DNA of 64,000 bases from Prorocentrum cordatum. Taxonomy: Eukaryota. A model generated the notes under the pieces. The model saw nothing but the letters and a program-made list of their open reading frames with translations, was not told the DNA's origin and searched no databases. Position numbers and translations under genes: made by a program. Positions 22,800 to 34,882 of the stretch are shown piece after piece. Each line of letters starts with the position of its first letter. The stretch's first letter is position 1. The stretch spans positions 496,001-560,000 of the forward strand of contig CAUYUJ010000192.1 of assembly GCA_963575745.1 (NCBI GenBank), in the 5' to 3' direction.

Positions 22800-24190
22800 T
22801 CTGTCCAACGCGCCGTTTGCCCGCGCGTCTGGTCAGGCCCCCGTAGCTCTGAGAAAGCCCTTGGGCCCCCAAAGTCGCCGAAGACGGCCCCGGGTGGCCC
22901 CCCGCCGAACTCCCCCGGGCCCTGGGTGGCTCTCCGCAGACGTGGCGGAAGCCTGTCGAACCGAGCTGTCTTCGCAAACTCTGCGCCTGTCTCAAGGCAG
23001 CGCGCGCCTTCTTGGCCCTCCAGCGAAGAATTTTGGCAGGTTCTGGAACGCCGCCATCGGCAGTCGCAAATTCTGATGCGCTGCGCATGCGTTCGTCGTC
23101 GGCCTTGCGCTTTTTCGCCTCGCTCTCCAGGTCGAGCTCTTGTTTCACGCGTAAGAGGACAGCCGGATCATCAAAGCCGTAGCGGATGATGGCCCTGGCA
23201 CCATGGCGGCGGCCGACATACTTGTGGAGCCACGCCTCGAGCCAAGACCTTGCCATCCTATTGAAGGCCGACGGAGGTGAGGTCCTTCTCAGAGCTTCTT
23301 GGCCGGGTGTTAAAGTGACCCTAGCAATCCACTGCGTTCTCCACCTCGCGCATGCTTGCTCGAACTCCGCGCCAGAGACCTCGCGTCTACCAAGCTCTTG
23401 GGCGCCGGCAGAGTCAGGCCGTGCATCTGGGTTCGCACCCCCTTGCATTGCATTGAATTGAGCCTGGCGCGCTCGCAGCAATGTCTTGAACATCTCTGCC
23501 GCGGCATTGGCAGTTGGCGCGGCCGCAGCCTCGAGCACGATCTCCCCGTCGACGAATACACATTGTTGGGGGGCGCGCCTGGGCCACAGAGTTCGCGCCA
23601 ATATGGCGCGCATATCGTCAGCCTGGTTTTCCACGTCATGGCCGCGACAATCTCTCCAGCAGGCATCGCCATCTTCTTCGCCGTATTCGGGAAGAAACTC
23701 GTATCTGGTGTAGTATATGCCGTCCCACGCATTGCGTTTCTCTGGCGGTCGATCGTTGAGGTCGTCTTCGATCGTGTCGGCCAAGCGTTTTGCAGTACGT
23801 TGTATTTCCACGTCCTCCGCAAATCTGCCAGGCTCTGAAGCACAGGCAGATTCCTTACTCCCTGTAGCCCCTGGAGCCCTAGCTGTGTGTGTTTTGCGGT
23901 GCCGCCAGAGGTCTCTGCGATAACTATAACTACACCCATGTTGTGCGCATCAGAAATGCCTTCGAAGTCTCGTCCGGTTTTTGGACGGTGTTTGAAACGC
24001 TACCAAGTGCTGGGCCATGGCAAGTCTCCGTGGCGCATCAGCGTAGAGCCATAATCCACAAGCTGGATCTCCTCGTCGTTGGTTCCATCGCGCTGGTACT
24101 CCTTAATTTCGTTTTGGAGGTAGGCTGCGCCGAATTTCAAATCGCCGCCCAAGATCCAGCGGACAAGTTCTGTAACGCCGTCGCTGCGAT
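22800..24190 (-). pseudogene. Decayed intronless gene: C-terminal part of an EEP/APE-like endonuclease followed by a DG-x2-YT-x2-EF-x3-YG-x7-W module and a helical region
   Basis: WILGGDLK (~24135-24158), RHGD, ISDAHNMGVVIV (SDAH at 23943-23954) in one frame, with a stop and compensating indels; downstream 339-aa ORF 23811-22792 has protein-like composition. Confidence 0.55.
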
Positions 24191-24231
24191 CTCTGCTCCG
24201 GAGGCCTGCGGCCGGCTCGCCGGGCGAGTGC

Positions 24232-25260
24232 ATGAGCTCCGCGCGGGCGGCGAAGTGGGCCCGCGAGCGCCGGAGACCCCCTCTCCCGCGCGTCAATGAC
24301 GCGGTCAGGTTCACGAAGATGTGGTTGATGGACGATGGCATCATCCTAGAACGCCGCGTCGGCCTGAGGCCGCGGCTCTCCGCGGAAGAGTGCGACGCGG
24401 CGCTGCGCAGGGCTCGGGGCCCGGAAGCGAGTGACCTCGAGAAATCGGGCGAGGAAGGGACCTCTCGTGAGAAACAGCTCGTCTGGGGGTTGTGCCTCGA
24501 CGCGAGCGCGCAGCGCATTCGGCTGCCCGAGCCGAAGTGTGCGAAGGCGGCCGATCTCTTGGCGCTGCCAGAGCTTCGCTATGGGCAGCGACGCGTCCAA
24601 CTTCAGGTCGCGCAAGGGCTTCGAGGCCCTGCCGAAGTCTGGGCCTCTGCCCTACGGACAATTGGGGCTGAACCGACGGTGCTCGACAGGCAGCTGGCTG
24701 GCGGGTCGAAGTCGCCGTGGGCGGCCCCCCGCGGCACCGCAGACGAGGTCGCGCTGGCGCGGGGCCAGCGGGACAGCACGTTCGAGATGTTCAAGGTCCT
24801 CTTCGATGTGCCGGAGACGTGGAGGACCATTTTCGAATGGGGGTTCCGGCAAACGCTGGCGCCCTGGAAGCGCCCGGCGCTGCCTGGCGTGTCGCGGAGG
24901 ACCCGGTGGACGGGCAGGGACGCCACTACCGACACCATCGGGTGCATCGACTAGGGGCTCGCGCTCCGGGGTGAAACGGCCCGCGCGCCGATCTACATGG
25001 CGACTGAGGCCGCGCCGCTGCTTCGCCGGCTTGGGGACGTCCTGGCGCAGCCGGGCGCCGAGGCAGACAGGATGATCGCGCTCGTCGAGCTGCTGGCGTT
25101 CGTGGCGCTCGCCGCGGCCCGCGGCGAAAGCCGGAGCGGCGAGCGCGAAGTGTCAAGCCATGGCTCGGGAAGCGCCGACCCAAGCACCCGCTGGCCCGGC
25201 ACGTGATCAGGGTGATCCAGAGGCTGGAAGTCCCCGACCGCCTGGACGCAGGCTGCAACC
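24232..25260 (+). mobile_element. Fragment of a DIRS/Ngaro-like (YR retrotransposon) pol: RT C-terminal part and RNase H, decayed
   Basis: WLMDDGII (DD at 24331-24336), EK..EEG...QLVWGLCLD...IRLPEPK..KA, WTGRDAT (RNase H xDAx motif), IALVELLAFVAL; stops after 24954. Confidence 0.7.
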
Positions 25261-25419
25261 AAAGCTGACAGAGGGTTTGCTTGCAGTGACCCTGGGGTTT
25301 GCGCGCAGTGACCCCCTTGAAAATACGAGCTATGATGGCTGCGGCAACCCCCCCCTCCCCTCCCCACCCTGGGCGGCGCGCTCGTTGAAGAGTTACAGGG
25401 CGACTGACCTCATCCGGCT

Positions 25420-25895
25420 GCTCCCTCCACTTCCTCCTACTTCCTCCTCCTTCCTCCTCTTCCCCCCCCTCCCCTCCTCCTCCTCCTCCTACTTCTTCCT
25501 ACTTCCTCCTACTTCCTCCTACACTTCCTACTTCCTCCTACTTCCTCCTCCCCCCCCTCCACTTCCTCCTACTTCCTCCTACTTCCTCCTCTTTCCTCCT
25601 CTTCCCCCCCCTCCCCTCCTCCTCCTCCCCCGCCGCATCCTCGTACACCTCCCCCTCCACCGCCCAGTCGTCCTCCCTCTCCCTCCTCAAGTGTGTTCGG
25701 CTCCTCCCTGGCTTCACCACCACTGCCGGCGTCGCCCTTCTCCACCTCCTGCTTCCTCCCCCATCACTCCTCTGCCCTCACCTCCCCCTCCTCCTCCCCC
25801 CCTCCGCCTCCTCAGCCTCCTCCCTCTCATCCTCCGCTCGTCCTCCGCTTTCCTTTCCTCTCCTCTCCCACCTCCTCGACCTCCTCCCCCTCCGC
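25420..25895. repeat. Degenerate (CCT/ACTTCCTCCT)n tract
   Basis: Read directly. Confidence 0.9.
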
Positions 25896-26277
25896 CACTG
25901 GCCGGAAGACCACCAGCCCTCTGAGTGCAGGTAGTCTAGCGAATTGCCGTCCAAGATGGCGCAATAACGCTCCAAGAGGGCCTCAGAGAGCACAAGATGA
26001 TCTCCAATATAGCCCGAGATATCCCAAGATACCTCAACATTGTCTCCGACATGGTCCAAGAGGTTCCGAGACCGCCCCATGGTCCAAGAGGTTCCGAGAC
26101 CGCCCCATAACAGCTCTCGGTAGGCGGAGCTTCCCGAAGAGGCCCCGAAGAGGCCAAAACCCTTCACACGCGTGAAGAACATGATTTGATGCTGCGCCTC
26201 TTGGACGACGACGGCGACAGAGGTGAGGACAGCAACAAAATACTTTCGAAGGTCTATGAGGTCTATCGGGTCCACGA

Positions 26278-26640
26278 GGCCTATTGGGGCTATGGGGCTA
26301 TGGGGCTGTAGGGCTATAGGGCTACAGGGCTATAGGGCTATAGGGCTATAGGGCTATGGGGGCATTGGGCTAGGGCTATTGGGCTATAGGGCTATGGGGC
26401 TGTAGGGCTATAGTGCTATAGGGATGTAGGGCTATAGGGCTACAGGGCTACAGGGCTACAGGGCTACAGGGCTACTGGGCTACTGGGCTATGGAGCTATA
26501 GGGCTATGGGGCTATGGGACTATGGGGCTATGGGGCTATACGGCTATAGGGCTATAGAACTATAGGACTATCGGGCTATAGAGCTGTAGGGCTATAGGGC
26601 TATAGGGCTATTGGGCTATAGGGCTATAAGGCTATGGGGC
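26278..26640. repeat. (GGGCTATA)n 8-9 bp satellite
   Basis: Read directly. Confidence 0.95.
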
Positions 26641-27448
26641 ACCCGGGCACCCCTGGGCACCCCCGGGCACCCGGGCGTGCACCGAAAATCGGCGGCAAAC
26701 CGGACACCCAGGCACCCCCGGGCACCCGGGCACCCGGGCGTGCACCGAAAATCGGCGGCAAACCTAACCTAACCATATGAATCCGCTAGGACCCCTACAG
26801 AGGCAAGCTCTGATTGGGGAATATTGTGGTAGATCGTTTCCCGAGCGGTGTGGCCAGAAAGCGCCCGCCACGACGCATACACCATAAGATTTCTCAGTGC
26901 GCGCGAGGCCCCTGGGGGGGGGGGGGGGGGGCGCGACGCACATTTAGTATAAGTATGTTGGGGTGACGCCGATCCCCTCCCGTTCTAAGCAGCCAAAGTT
27001 TTCGGAGGGAAACTCGGGGATTGGCGCCGCTGCTGCGGCAGCGGGAGAAGTGTCTGAAGTGTCCCTCTGGGCGGCGAGCCCGAAGGGCAAATGATGGGGG
27101 CAGGCCCTCTCGAAGGCGGCGGGGCTTCTCAGAAGCCCTCGCACCTCCTGAGGAGATTCCCGAGCCTTCTCCGAAGACGGAGGCAGGAGGAGGAGGAGGA
27201 GGAGGAGGAGGAGGAGGAGGGGGAGGAGGAGGAGGAGGAGGAGGAGGAGGAGGCGGCCTCTCAGAAGGCGCGAGGGCTTCCGAGAAGCCCCTTATGCGCG
27301 TCGTGAGGAGGCCTGCGCCCTCTCGGTTCCCCCCCCCGAGCTCGCGGGCGACCGTCGGCACGGGCCACGGGCCGCGATCTCGGTTGGAGCCGCTGCGGTC
27401 GTGGCCCCGACTCAGACGTCTGTGCTGTCCGTCAGCGGCACCCAATCC

Positions 27449-27828
27449 TTTGGACGCCCGAAATGGGTACTCCAGACTTCGTAACAAAAGGGAGGGGGTC
27501 TGGACCCTCCAAGACAAGCCATTTCAGACCTCCCCCGCGGGAGAACCCTCCAAAGCATCGTCCCCAGACCCCCCCAGGCCCTCCAAGATAGCCTGGAAGA
27601 GACCCCCCCCGAAATGACCCCCCTCCCTTTATTGCGAAATCTGGAGTATGGAAAGAATGGGTAGCATATGTTGTCCCAAACCAGCAGCGGCCGCTGTTGG
27701 GCAGGCGGCCTTCTGTCTCAAATGGACACAGGCCGCGGCGGCGCGGACAGCGAGCCCTGTTCAAAATGAGCAGGAACTGCTGTTGGGCATTGTGCCCATT
27801 CTTTCCGTGCCCATGTCGGTCGTCCCGA
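27449..27828. mobile_element. MITE family C copy (5-bp flanks AATCC/GATCC), split by a nested MITE
   Basis: TTTGGACGCCCGAAATGGGTA ... GTGCCCATGTCGGTCGTCCCGA; matches 56416-56609 once the insert is removed. Confidence 0.85.
27470..27646. mobile_element. Nested Stowaway-like MITE (CTCC...GGAG ends, TA TSD)
   Basis: TA|CTCCAGACTTCGTAACAAAAGGGAGGGGGTC ... CCCCCTCCCTTTATTGCGAAATCTGGAG|TA; the empty site is visible in the 56416 copy (GGGTACGGAAAG). Confidence 0.92.
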
Positions 27829-28799
27829 GATCCCCGATCCCCACTGCCCTTGCTGATATGTCTGGCGATCTGAACCGAACCTCCGACAAGCGCTCAGCTG
27901 AGGAGAGCACTGGATAGCAATACTCACCCGTTCAGTCAGTACACGTGAGGGTGATGGTCGACTACACGGTGTAGCGCTCTGATCTGGGCGACCCTCCGCG
28001 GTCCGGAGAGCGGAGAAAGCAGGCCGGCGGAAGCGAATCGCGTGCCTGCACCTCGATGGTTGGCCTCTGGTGATCGGCCCGCACAAGAGAGGAAGCCAAA
28101 GCAGTCACGGAAGGACGGAGGCTGCCATCGAATTGCGTGTCGCCCCCGTGGGCGCCAGAGGCGTGCAGAGCCCTGTGACTAAGACAAAGAAGCTCTGGGT
28201 CCCACCAACCATGACTGCTGCAATCGCTCGTCAATCGTTCGTCAAAGCCGCACGACCGAATCAAGCCGCTCGGGAGAGAGGGTGCCTGGCCCGAAAACGC
28301 ATGACCAGGACGCGGCCTTCCCGAGCGGTCTGGCAGGACCCCCGACGGACCTCGAGGCCCTCGGGAAGGCACCACGGTGGGCTGCCGAGATAGCCCCCCA
28401 AAAAACCGAACAATTCAGAAGCCCTGGATAAGAGCCAGACAGGCCCACGCGTGACCCACAAAACTGAAACACACACCCCGATGTCCAGCCGATTGCCTCC
28501 GAGGCGACAGGGGCACCCCACGGTCCAATAGCTCGGCCGACCTTTGGCCCCAGTTTTGAAAAGACACGAAAGTGCATAACTGACTATACCTTGTCGGAGC
28601 TCCGCGCAGGGCGCTAGATTCCCCCCCACCCTGGCGCGCGGAACGCGCCAGTGGGGCTGCGTCGGAGGCGCCTCCTCGGGGGGCCCAGCGCCGATCCAAG
28701 ACATCGAACGCGCGCATCACAAGAGCAAAGGGGGCGGCGGTGTGTAGCCGGAAGCTCCGCGGCCCCGGCCTAGCCCGGGCTTCGCGGCCCCGACCTGGC

Positions 28800-29003
28800 C
28801 CTGGCAAGGTGTCGCGTGGCTGCGCTTCCCAAAAAGGCCACCGCTGATTCAGTAACCAAGCGGGTGGCGAGAAGCTGAGCAGTCTTCAAATGGTCCTCGC
28901 CAACAGGTATGCTTACGTAAGCGTCTTTCTTCCTCATGGCCTTGAAGCGTTCATCCCTCAACAGTGTGAACACGACGCGACCCGAATAACTCGCTTCCCA
29001 TCC
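28800..29003 (-). other. Possible isolated exon of unknown function
   Basis: Minus strand CACCTTTCGCAG|GGA acceptor-like site, then an open frame GWEASYSGRVVFTLLRDERFKAMRKKDAYVSIPVGEDHLKTAQLL in unique sequence; no homology recognised. Confidence 0.25.
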
Positions 29004-30897
29004 CTGCGAAAGGTGAGTATACGAAGGCAGGACGTTACATGTGACGACGCTGTGATGTAGCATGCTGGCCCACACGAAATAATAGACCAGAGCTGATACA
29101 CCGCATCCCACAGAGAATCATAGCGTGGCAGAAACTGGGCTGGCATAGCGTAGCATAGCACGCAACATCATGCAATAGTTACCATGGCGAAGCGGAGCAT
29201 CATTGCAAATCCGCCGACCCCTTGATTGAGGTCCACGGCACGTGGGACTGTTGCCCCTCCCCAGCCACGGTGGGGGCCCCGCACGGCGGGCTTGGAAATA
29301 GGGGGGGGGTATCACAAGCTGTGGCGGCGGCCCTGGCCGGGTCAGAGACTGTCCTGGACGTCCTGCGTGACTTCGGCATGCCTCACGGGGGTTTCTCGAC
29401 GACTCCCCGATGCCACCCGACCGTCCGGACACGGTTTCAACACAGCCGTCGGAGCCTCAAAACGCCACTGGACCCCCCGCGAGGGCCCCAATAAGACAGA
29501 CTGGCACCTTCCGTAGGGAAGGCTGGCATGCGTGGCAAACTCTTTCAGACCCCCTCTCTACCGACCCGAAATAGGCTACGAAAGCGGCGTCCGCGAAGCG
29601 CCACGGACGGTTCCAGCTGGCTCCAACGCGGCCAAAGAGACGCCAAAGGCAGCCCAAGATGACCCCGAGACTGGTTCAAAACTGCCCAAAATGGTCCCAT
29701 GACAGGCCAACACGGGCGTCACCCAGCCCAAGATGGCCCCCACATGGCCCGCAAAGCGCCGCCGACGGCCCGAAGAGGCCCCCTGAACCTCCGCAGGGGC
29801 CATAACATGGCATCCATGATTTTCCGCGAGGGCGCCAACAAACCAACATGTGCCCATTCCATTTCTTTACGGGAAAAATGCGGAGCTTGGCACAGTCGTT
29901 CAAACGCCCTGCCCAGCGACACGAAACGGGCCAAAGGGCCTCCAGGGCGGCCCCACGACGGTTCCTGGGGGCCCCAGGGCGACTCAGAATACGACCGCGC
30001 TAGCGCAACAGGACTCCGAGCCGGGCTCAAACCTGCCCAACATGGCCCAGTGACGGCCTGACATGGGCCCCACCCAACCCACGATGGCCCAAATACGGCA
30101 TGCAAGGCGCCGCGGACGGTCCAGGAAGGCCCCCTTGGGCTCCGTAGAGGCTCCAAGGTGGTTCCCCGAGGACCACCCGAGAAGGCCCCAACAAACCAAA
30201 AATCAGCCGTCGATGGGCCAAGTCATACCTTACTCGTGACATGTTCAGGCCTGCGCGCATGCGGGTCTGCGCGCGCCCACAAACCTGCATGGATGCAAGG
30301 TTGAACCCCCCATAAATGCACGCACGCGGAGATCCAGAGAAACAAAAACAACGGCGATAACGGTGATGCGATGCATGCTGGCAATGATGAAATGGATGAT
30401 GGATGGCGGCGACGATGAGATGGCTGTTTGATGATGCTGGAAACACTGTTCAGTTACGCGCGCAACGTCAGTGGACCACCGACCAATGTCAGCAACAGAC
30501 GGTCCCCGGGCCATGGCTCTCGCCCAAATGCGCCGCGCCGAGGATCAGGCTGATGGTTCGCCACGTTCCTCGCCAGGGTCAGGCGTTCGGGAACTGCCGC
30601 GAGCGCAGGTTCTGTCCCAAATCGTGCCGATAGCTTCAAGTGCCCTCAACTGGCAGAGCCGGCAGTACGATTGCATGCGGCGGCCCACCTTTCACCCCGA
30701 GCCCGAGCTACCGATGCTGTGCAATTGGCCGAGGGCGTCGCTGCCACCTTCCAACTCCTGCTGGGCTCAAGTGGGAACTTTTGCCGCAACTGCGTAGGCT
30801 GCAAGCGCCCTCGCACGGCAGCCGCGCCTCCTCCTCGGAGGTCGCCCACCGACCATTCGCCCCACTCCACCCAATTCCACGCGTCAAACTCTCCTTG

Positions 30898-31500
30898 TCT
30901 GTGCGTGTGTGCGCGTGTGTGCGCGCATGTGTGTGTGTGTGTGTGTGGGTGTGTGGGTGCGGGTACGGGTACGGGTGCGGGTGCGGGTGCGGGTGCGGGT
31001 GCGGGTGCGGGTGCGGGTGCGGGTGCTTGTGCTTGTGCGTGTGCGTGTGCGTGTGCGTGAGCGTGTGCGTGTGCGTGTGCGTGTGCGTGTGCGTGTGCGT
31101 GTGCGCGTGCGCGTGCGCGTGCGCGTGCGTGTGTGTGTGTGTGTGCGTGTGCCGTGTGTGTTTGTTTGTGTGTGTGCGTGTGCGTGTTGCGTGTGGCATG
31201 TGGCGTGTGCGGCGTGTGTGGCGTGTGTGGCATGTGTGGCGTGTGTGGCGTGTGTGGCGTGTGTGTGTTGTCTGTGTTGTGTGTTGTGTGTTGTGTGTGT
31301 GCGTGTGTGCGTGTGTGCGTGTGTCCGTGTGTGCGCGTGTGCGCGTGTGCGTATGCGTGTGCGTGTGCGTGTGGCGGTGTGCGTGTGCGTGTGCGTGTGT
31401 GTGTGTGTGCGCGTGCCTGTGTGTGTGTGCGTGTGAGTGTGTGTGTGTGTGTGTGTGCGTGTGTGTGTGTGTGTGCGCGTGAGTGCGCGGGTGCGCGCGC
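30898..31500. repeat. (GT)n/(GTGC)n/(GGGTGC)n compound microsatellite
   Basis: Read directly. Confidence 0.95.
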
Positions 31501-34500
31501 GGAGGGGTGCTTGCGGCGACCTGCGGAGGGCGGGCGGCGGCGCCTTTGGGTCGCGCGCGTCGACCAGCACGGAGCACGCCGCAGGGTTTAAACGCGCCGC
31601 GGGCGGCGGCGCCGCGGCCCGCGCCCTTCGCTGGCATGGCGGCGGCGCCCCGAACGCCTGGCGCAGGGCGGGCGGCACCTTGGGCCAGACCGCTGCAATC
31701 GACGCTGCGCCGCCGTCTGCGGGCGCCGCGCTGCTGTCGGCCGGGGCCGACGGGCGCTGTGTTGTGGCGCGCGGCTCCGGGCGTTTTCGAGCGGCCGCCG
31801 TCGGGCGGGCTCGGGCGGGCCGGCGCGGGCGGCCCCGGGCGCCCGCCGACATCGGCCTCCGTGGCCGCCCCGCGGCGGTCGACCCCTGCTGCTCCAGACC
31901 TGCCGCCCTGCGGCCCGCCTCTCTCCGCTGCCCCCCCTGCTCGCTGCACGGGCGCCGCGCGGCTGTCGGGCGGGCTCGGGAAAGGCCGCCGCCGGCCGAG
32001 GCTGCGAGAGCTGCCGCGGCCGCGGGGCTGGCCGCCGCCACCGACGGCGGCGGCGGCGGCCTGGAGAGGCCCCCCCAATCGACGGGGAAGTCCAAAGGGC
32101 GCGCGCGGGCCTCGGCGGCGCACGCGAAGACCCACGGGTCGGTCTCTCTCTCCACGCGGGGCATCCGTTCAGAGAATCCGCCCAGCCCACTCCGCCGGGT
32201 GCGACGGAGCGGGTGGAGCGCGCCTGGATGGGCGCGCGCAGTCTCGCACGTTCGACGGCGATGGCCCCCTTCCGAGTCCACGGGTAGAGGGGGGGGGCAA
32301 GTGTCAGGAACGGTTCGAAGCCGTCGCCCTCGCGATCCATTTTGCTCTCTCCTCTCCTTTCAGTGGCGGCAATGGTCGACCGCGCGCGCGCCGCCCCCTT
32401 TGCTTATGCACCAAGTGCCAGGCATATTGTTTGTTTTGCGGGCGTCGCCCCCGCTTCGCCGGGAGCCTCTCGGAGCGCACGGTGAGTTCATTCGGCGCGC
32501 CAATCTGCAGAATCGACCCCCAATGCATCCTACTCCAAAGATTCTGCTCGGCCCGCTGGTAGCGCGCAAACACCTATCCCAAGGAGAACTGGATGGCTGC
32601 GAAACTTTAAATTGCTAGGAACACCAGGCGAATCAACGACGCCGCCCCCGCGCGCCGGTCTGTCACGGCGCAACTCAAACCCGCCCGTCTTCGCGCCCAG
32701 GCCCGCGAGCGCCGTCGACAGGAACGGCGCGCTCGCATTCCACCTGACACCACGCCCTCGCCCGCCGTTCCCCCCCCCCAGCCTGCCGCCGCCATGCATT
32801 TTCAAGCCCGAGTGCGACGGGAAGGGGGCGGGGTGGGTGCGAGGATGAACATGGGGAAATGGGTGGCGGCTAATGCACTGGCGCAGATAGCGTGGTCGGA
32901 GGCACGTCTGGACCCGCCTTGCGGCCGTCTTCCTTGGCACGGGGCCGACGATGGATCCTCGGCCCCGCCCCGCTCTTATTGACTGCGTGGTCGACTGGTT
33001 GATCGGCAGGCGGGCGGGAGAGGGCAATCCCCGCGGCCCCTTTAATCATGGAATCTGCGAGGGGCGCGAGGCCCACGGTGGCCCTCGGTGGCGAAGCCTG
33101 CGGTAGTCCTCGCCCAGGGGGGGCGCGAGGAAAGGGGGCGTCGCCGTTGTGAGAAATCTCCGCGGCTACCTCGCTTCCTAAAATGGGACCCCCGACCGGA
33201 GGAAACCCTTCGAGGAAAGATTTGCCCATCCCCCCTCCCCCCTCCCCCTGGACCTGGACGGGGGTGGTCGCGGGTAGTTGGAGCGTCCAAAAAGGCCCAA
33301 GACGGCTCCAAGAACCCCTCGGAAAGCCTAAGATGACCTCCAAGATGGCTCAAGAGAGCGCAAGATGCCTCAAAATGGTTTTCAAGATGTTCCAAGAAGC
33401 CCCAAGAACGCTTCAAGACTGCTCCCACATGCCTCCAAGACCTCCAATGAGTTCCGCAAGATGCCCCAACCCCTTCGAAAACCTAAGGCAAATCAATGAC
33501 TTGTGCGTTCTCGCCGATTCGCTTCCGATGGCTATCCGAGGCCTCACGATGGCCCCAGTGTGGCCCGAAGAGGCCCCCGGAGAGGCCCGAGAGAGCCCCA
33601 AGAAGGCCCGAAGAGCGCCCAAAGAGCGCCCGGAGAGCGTCCCAAGAAGGGGTCCAGGAAGCGATTGCTGGGGCTCCCGAGGGGTGAGGCTGATTGGAGC
33701 TCCCCTCTTGTTTGATCGATGTCCTCCAACATGGCCCCAGGAGTGCCCCTAAAGCTCCCAAGAGCGCCTCAAGCTGGCCCCAAGAGGCGCCCAGGCAGCC
33801 CCAAGAGGCGCTCCAGAGGCCTCCAAGAGGCTCCCGAGAGGCCACCAAGAGGCCTCAAGATGATCTCCGAGGCACCCAAGACGCTCTCGAAGAAGCCACT
33901 GGGCCCGCCAAGAGGCGCCTTGGATGCCACAAGAGGCCTCCGAAAAACTTCCAAGGGACATCCGAAGAGACTCCGAAATGCATCGATGAGGCCTCTGGCC
34001 CTTCTGCTCGTCCTCCCCTCCTCCTCGTCCGCCTCCTCCTCCTCCTCCTCCTCCTCCTCGTCCCTCCTCCCCCTCCCCCAACTCCTCCTGCTCCTCCGAT
34101 TCCTCCTCCTCCATCCTCCCCTGTTGGGGCATGACGTCATCCCCCGTCCTTTGTTTCTCTGTGCTCCCACACTCCCCTGATCAAAGGAACTCCTCTGGGC
34201 ATCGTTGCTGGAAAGCTAACCGACAAAGAGTGTTTTTTTTAGGATGGGTTTTCTTCGCTAGTGTGGTTTTTTTAGGATGGGCTGGTAGTGATTCGCGAAG
34301 TGTCAACAATTTGAACTTGGCGTTGCCTTGTGCTGGCGCGTGGTGAATGCCGATTGCCCTCGTAGACATTCGCACGCTCGTCCCAGCGCTGAAGCAGGAG
34401 GGGAGGGGGGCGCATCCGCCCCCCGTGACATTGGCAGCACCCTGGGGCGGGCAGAACGACGCGGCAGAACTTCGCGGCAGACGAGCAGGGCAAACGACCC

Positions 34501-34700
34501 AACGCCCAATATTTACATGCTCCCGACGTGCACCGCGCGAAGCCAGAGGAATCCACGCCCGGAAGGAACGTGTTGTCGGAGGCAGGTCGCGGAGTGAAAG
34601 CCCTGTTGCGACAGATGAAGTACATATTGCTGAATTGCGATGCGCCTAAGTGTTTACAGAATTGCTAAAGGGTATAGTATGTAACATTTTGCTATCTTTA

Positions 34701-34882
34701 AGTCGGGCCTGTCCCCCTACAGGGGGATTTTCGACGAACAAACAGACCCCACAAATAATCCAAACATACTCCAAAAATAGTCTGTGGACTATGTGTTGAT
34801 AATTCTTTCACCTTTTTGGAATATTTCTGGGGTATGTCTTATTTTTCGTCGAAAATCCCACTGTAGGGAGACACGCCCGACA
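34701..34882. mobile_element. MITE family B copy, ~38-bp TIR, TA TSD
   Basis: TA|AGTCGGGCCTGTCCCCCTACAGGGGGATTTTCGACGAA ... TTCGTCGAAAATCCCACTGTAGGGAGACACGCCCGACA|TA. Confidence 0.9.
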
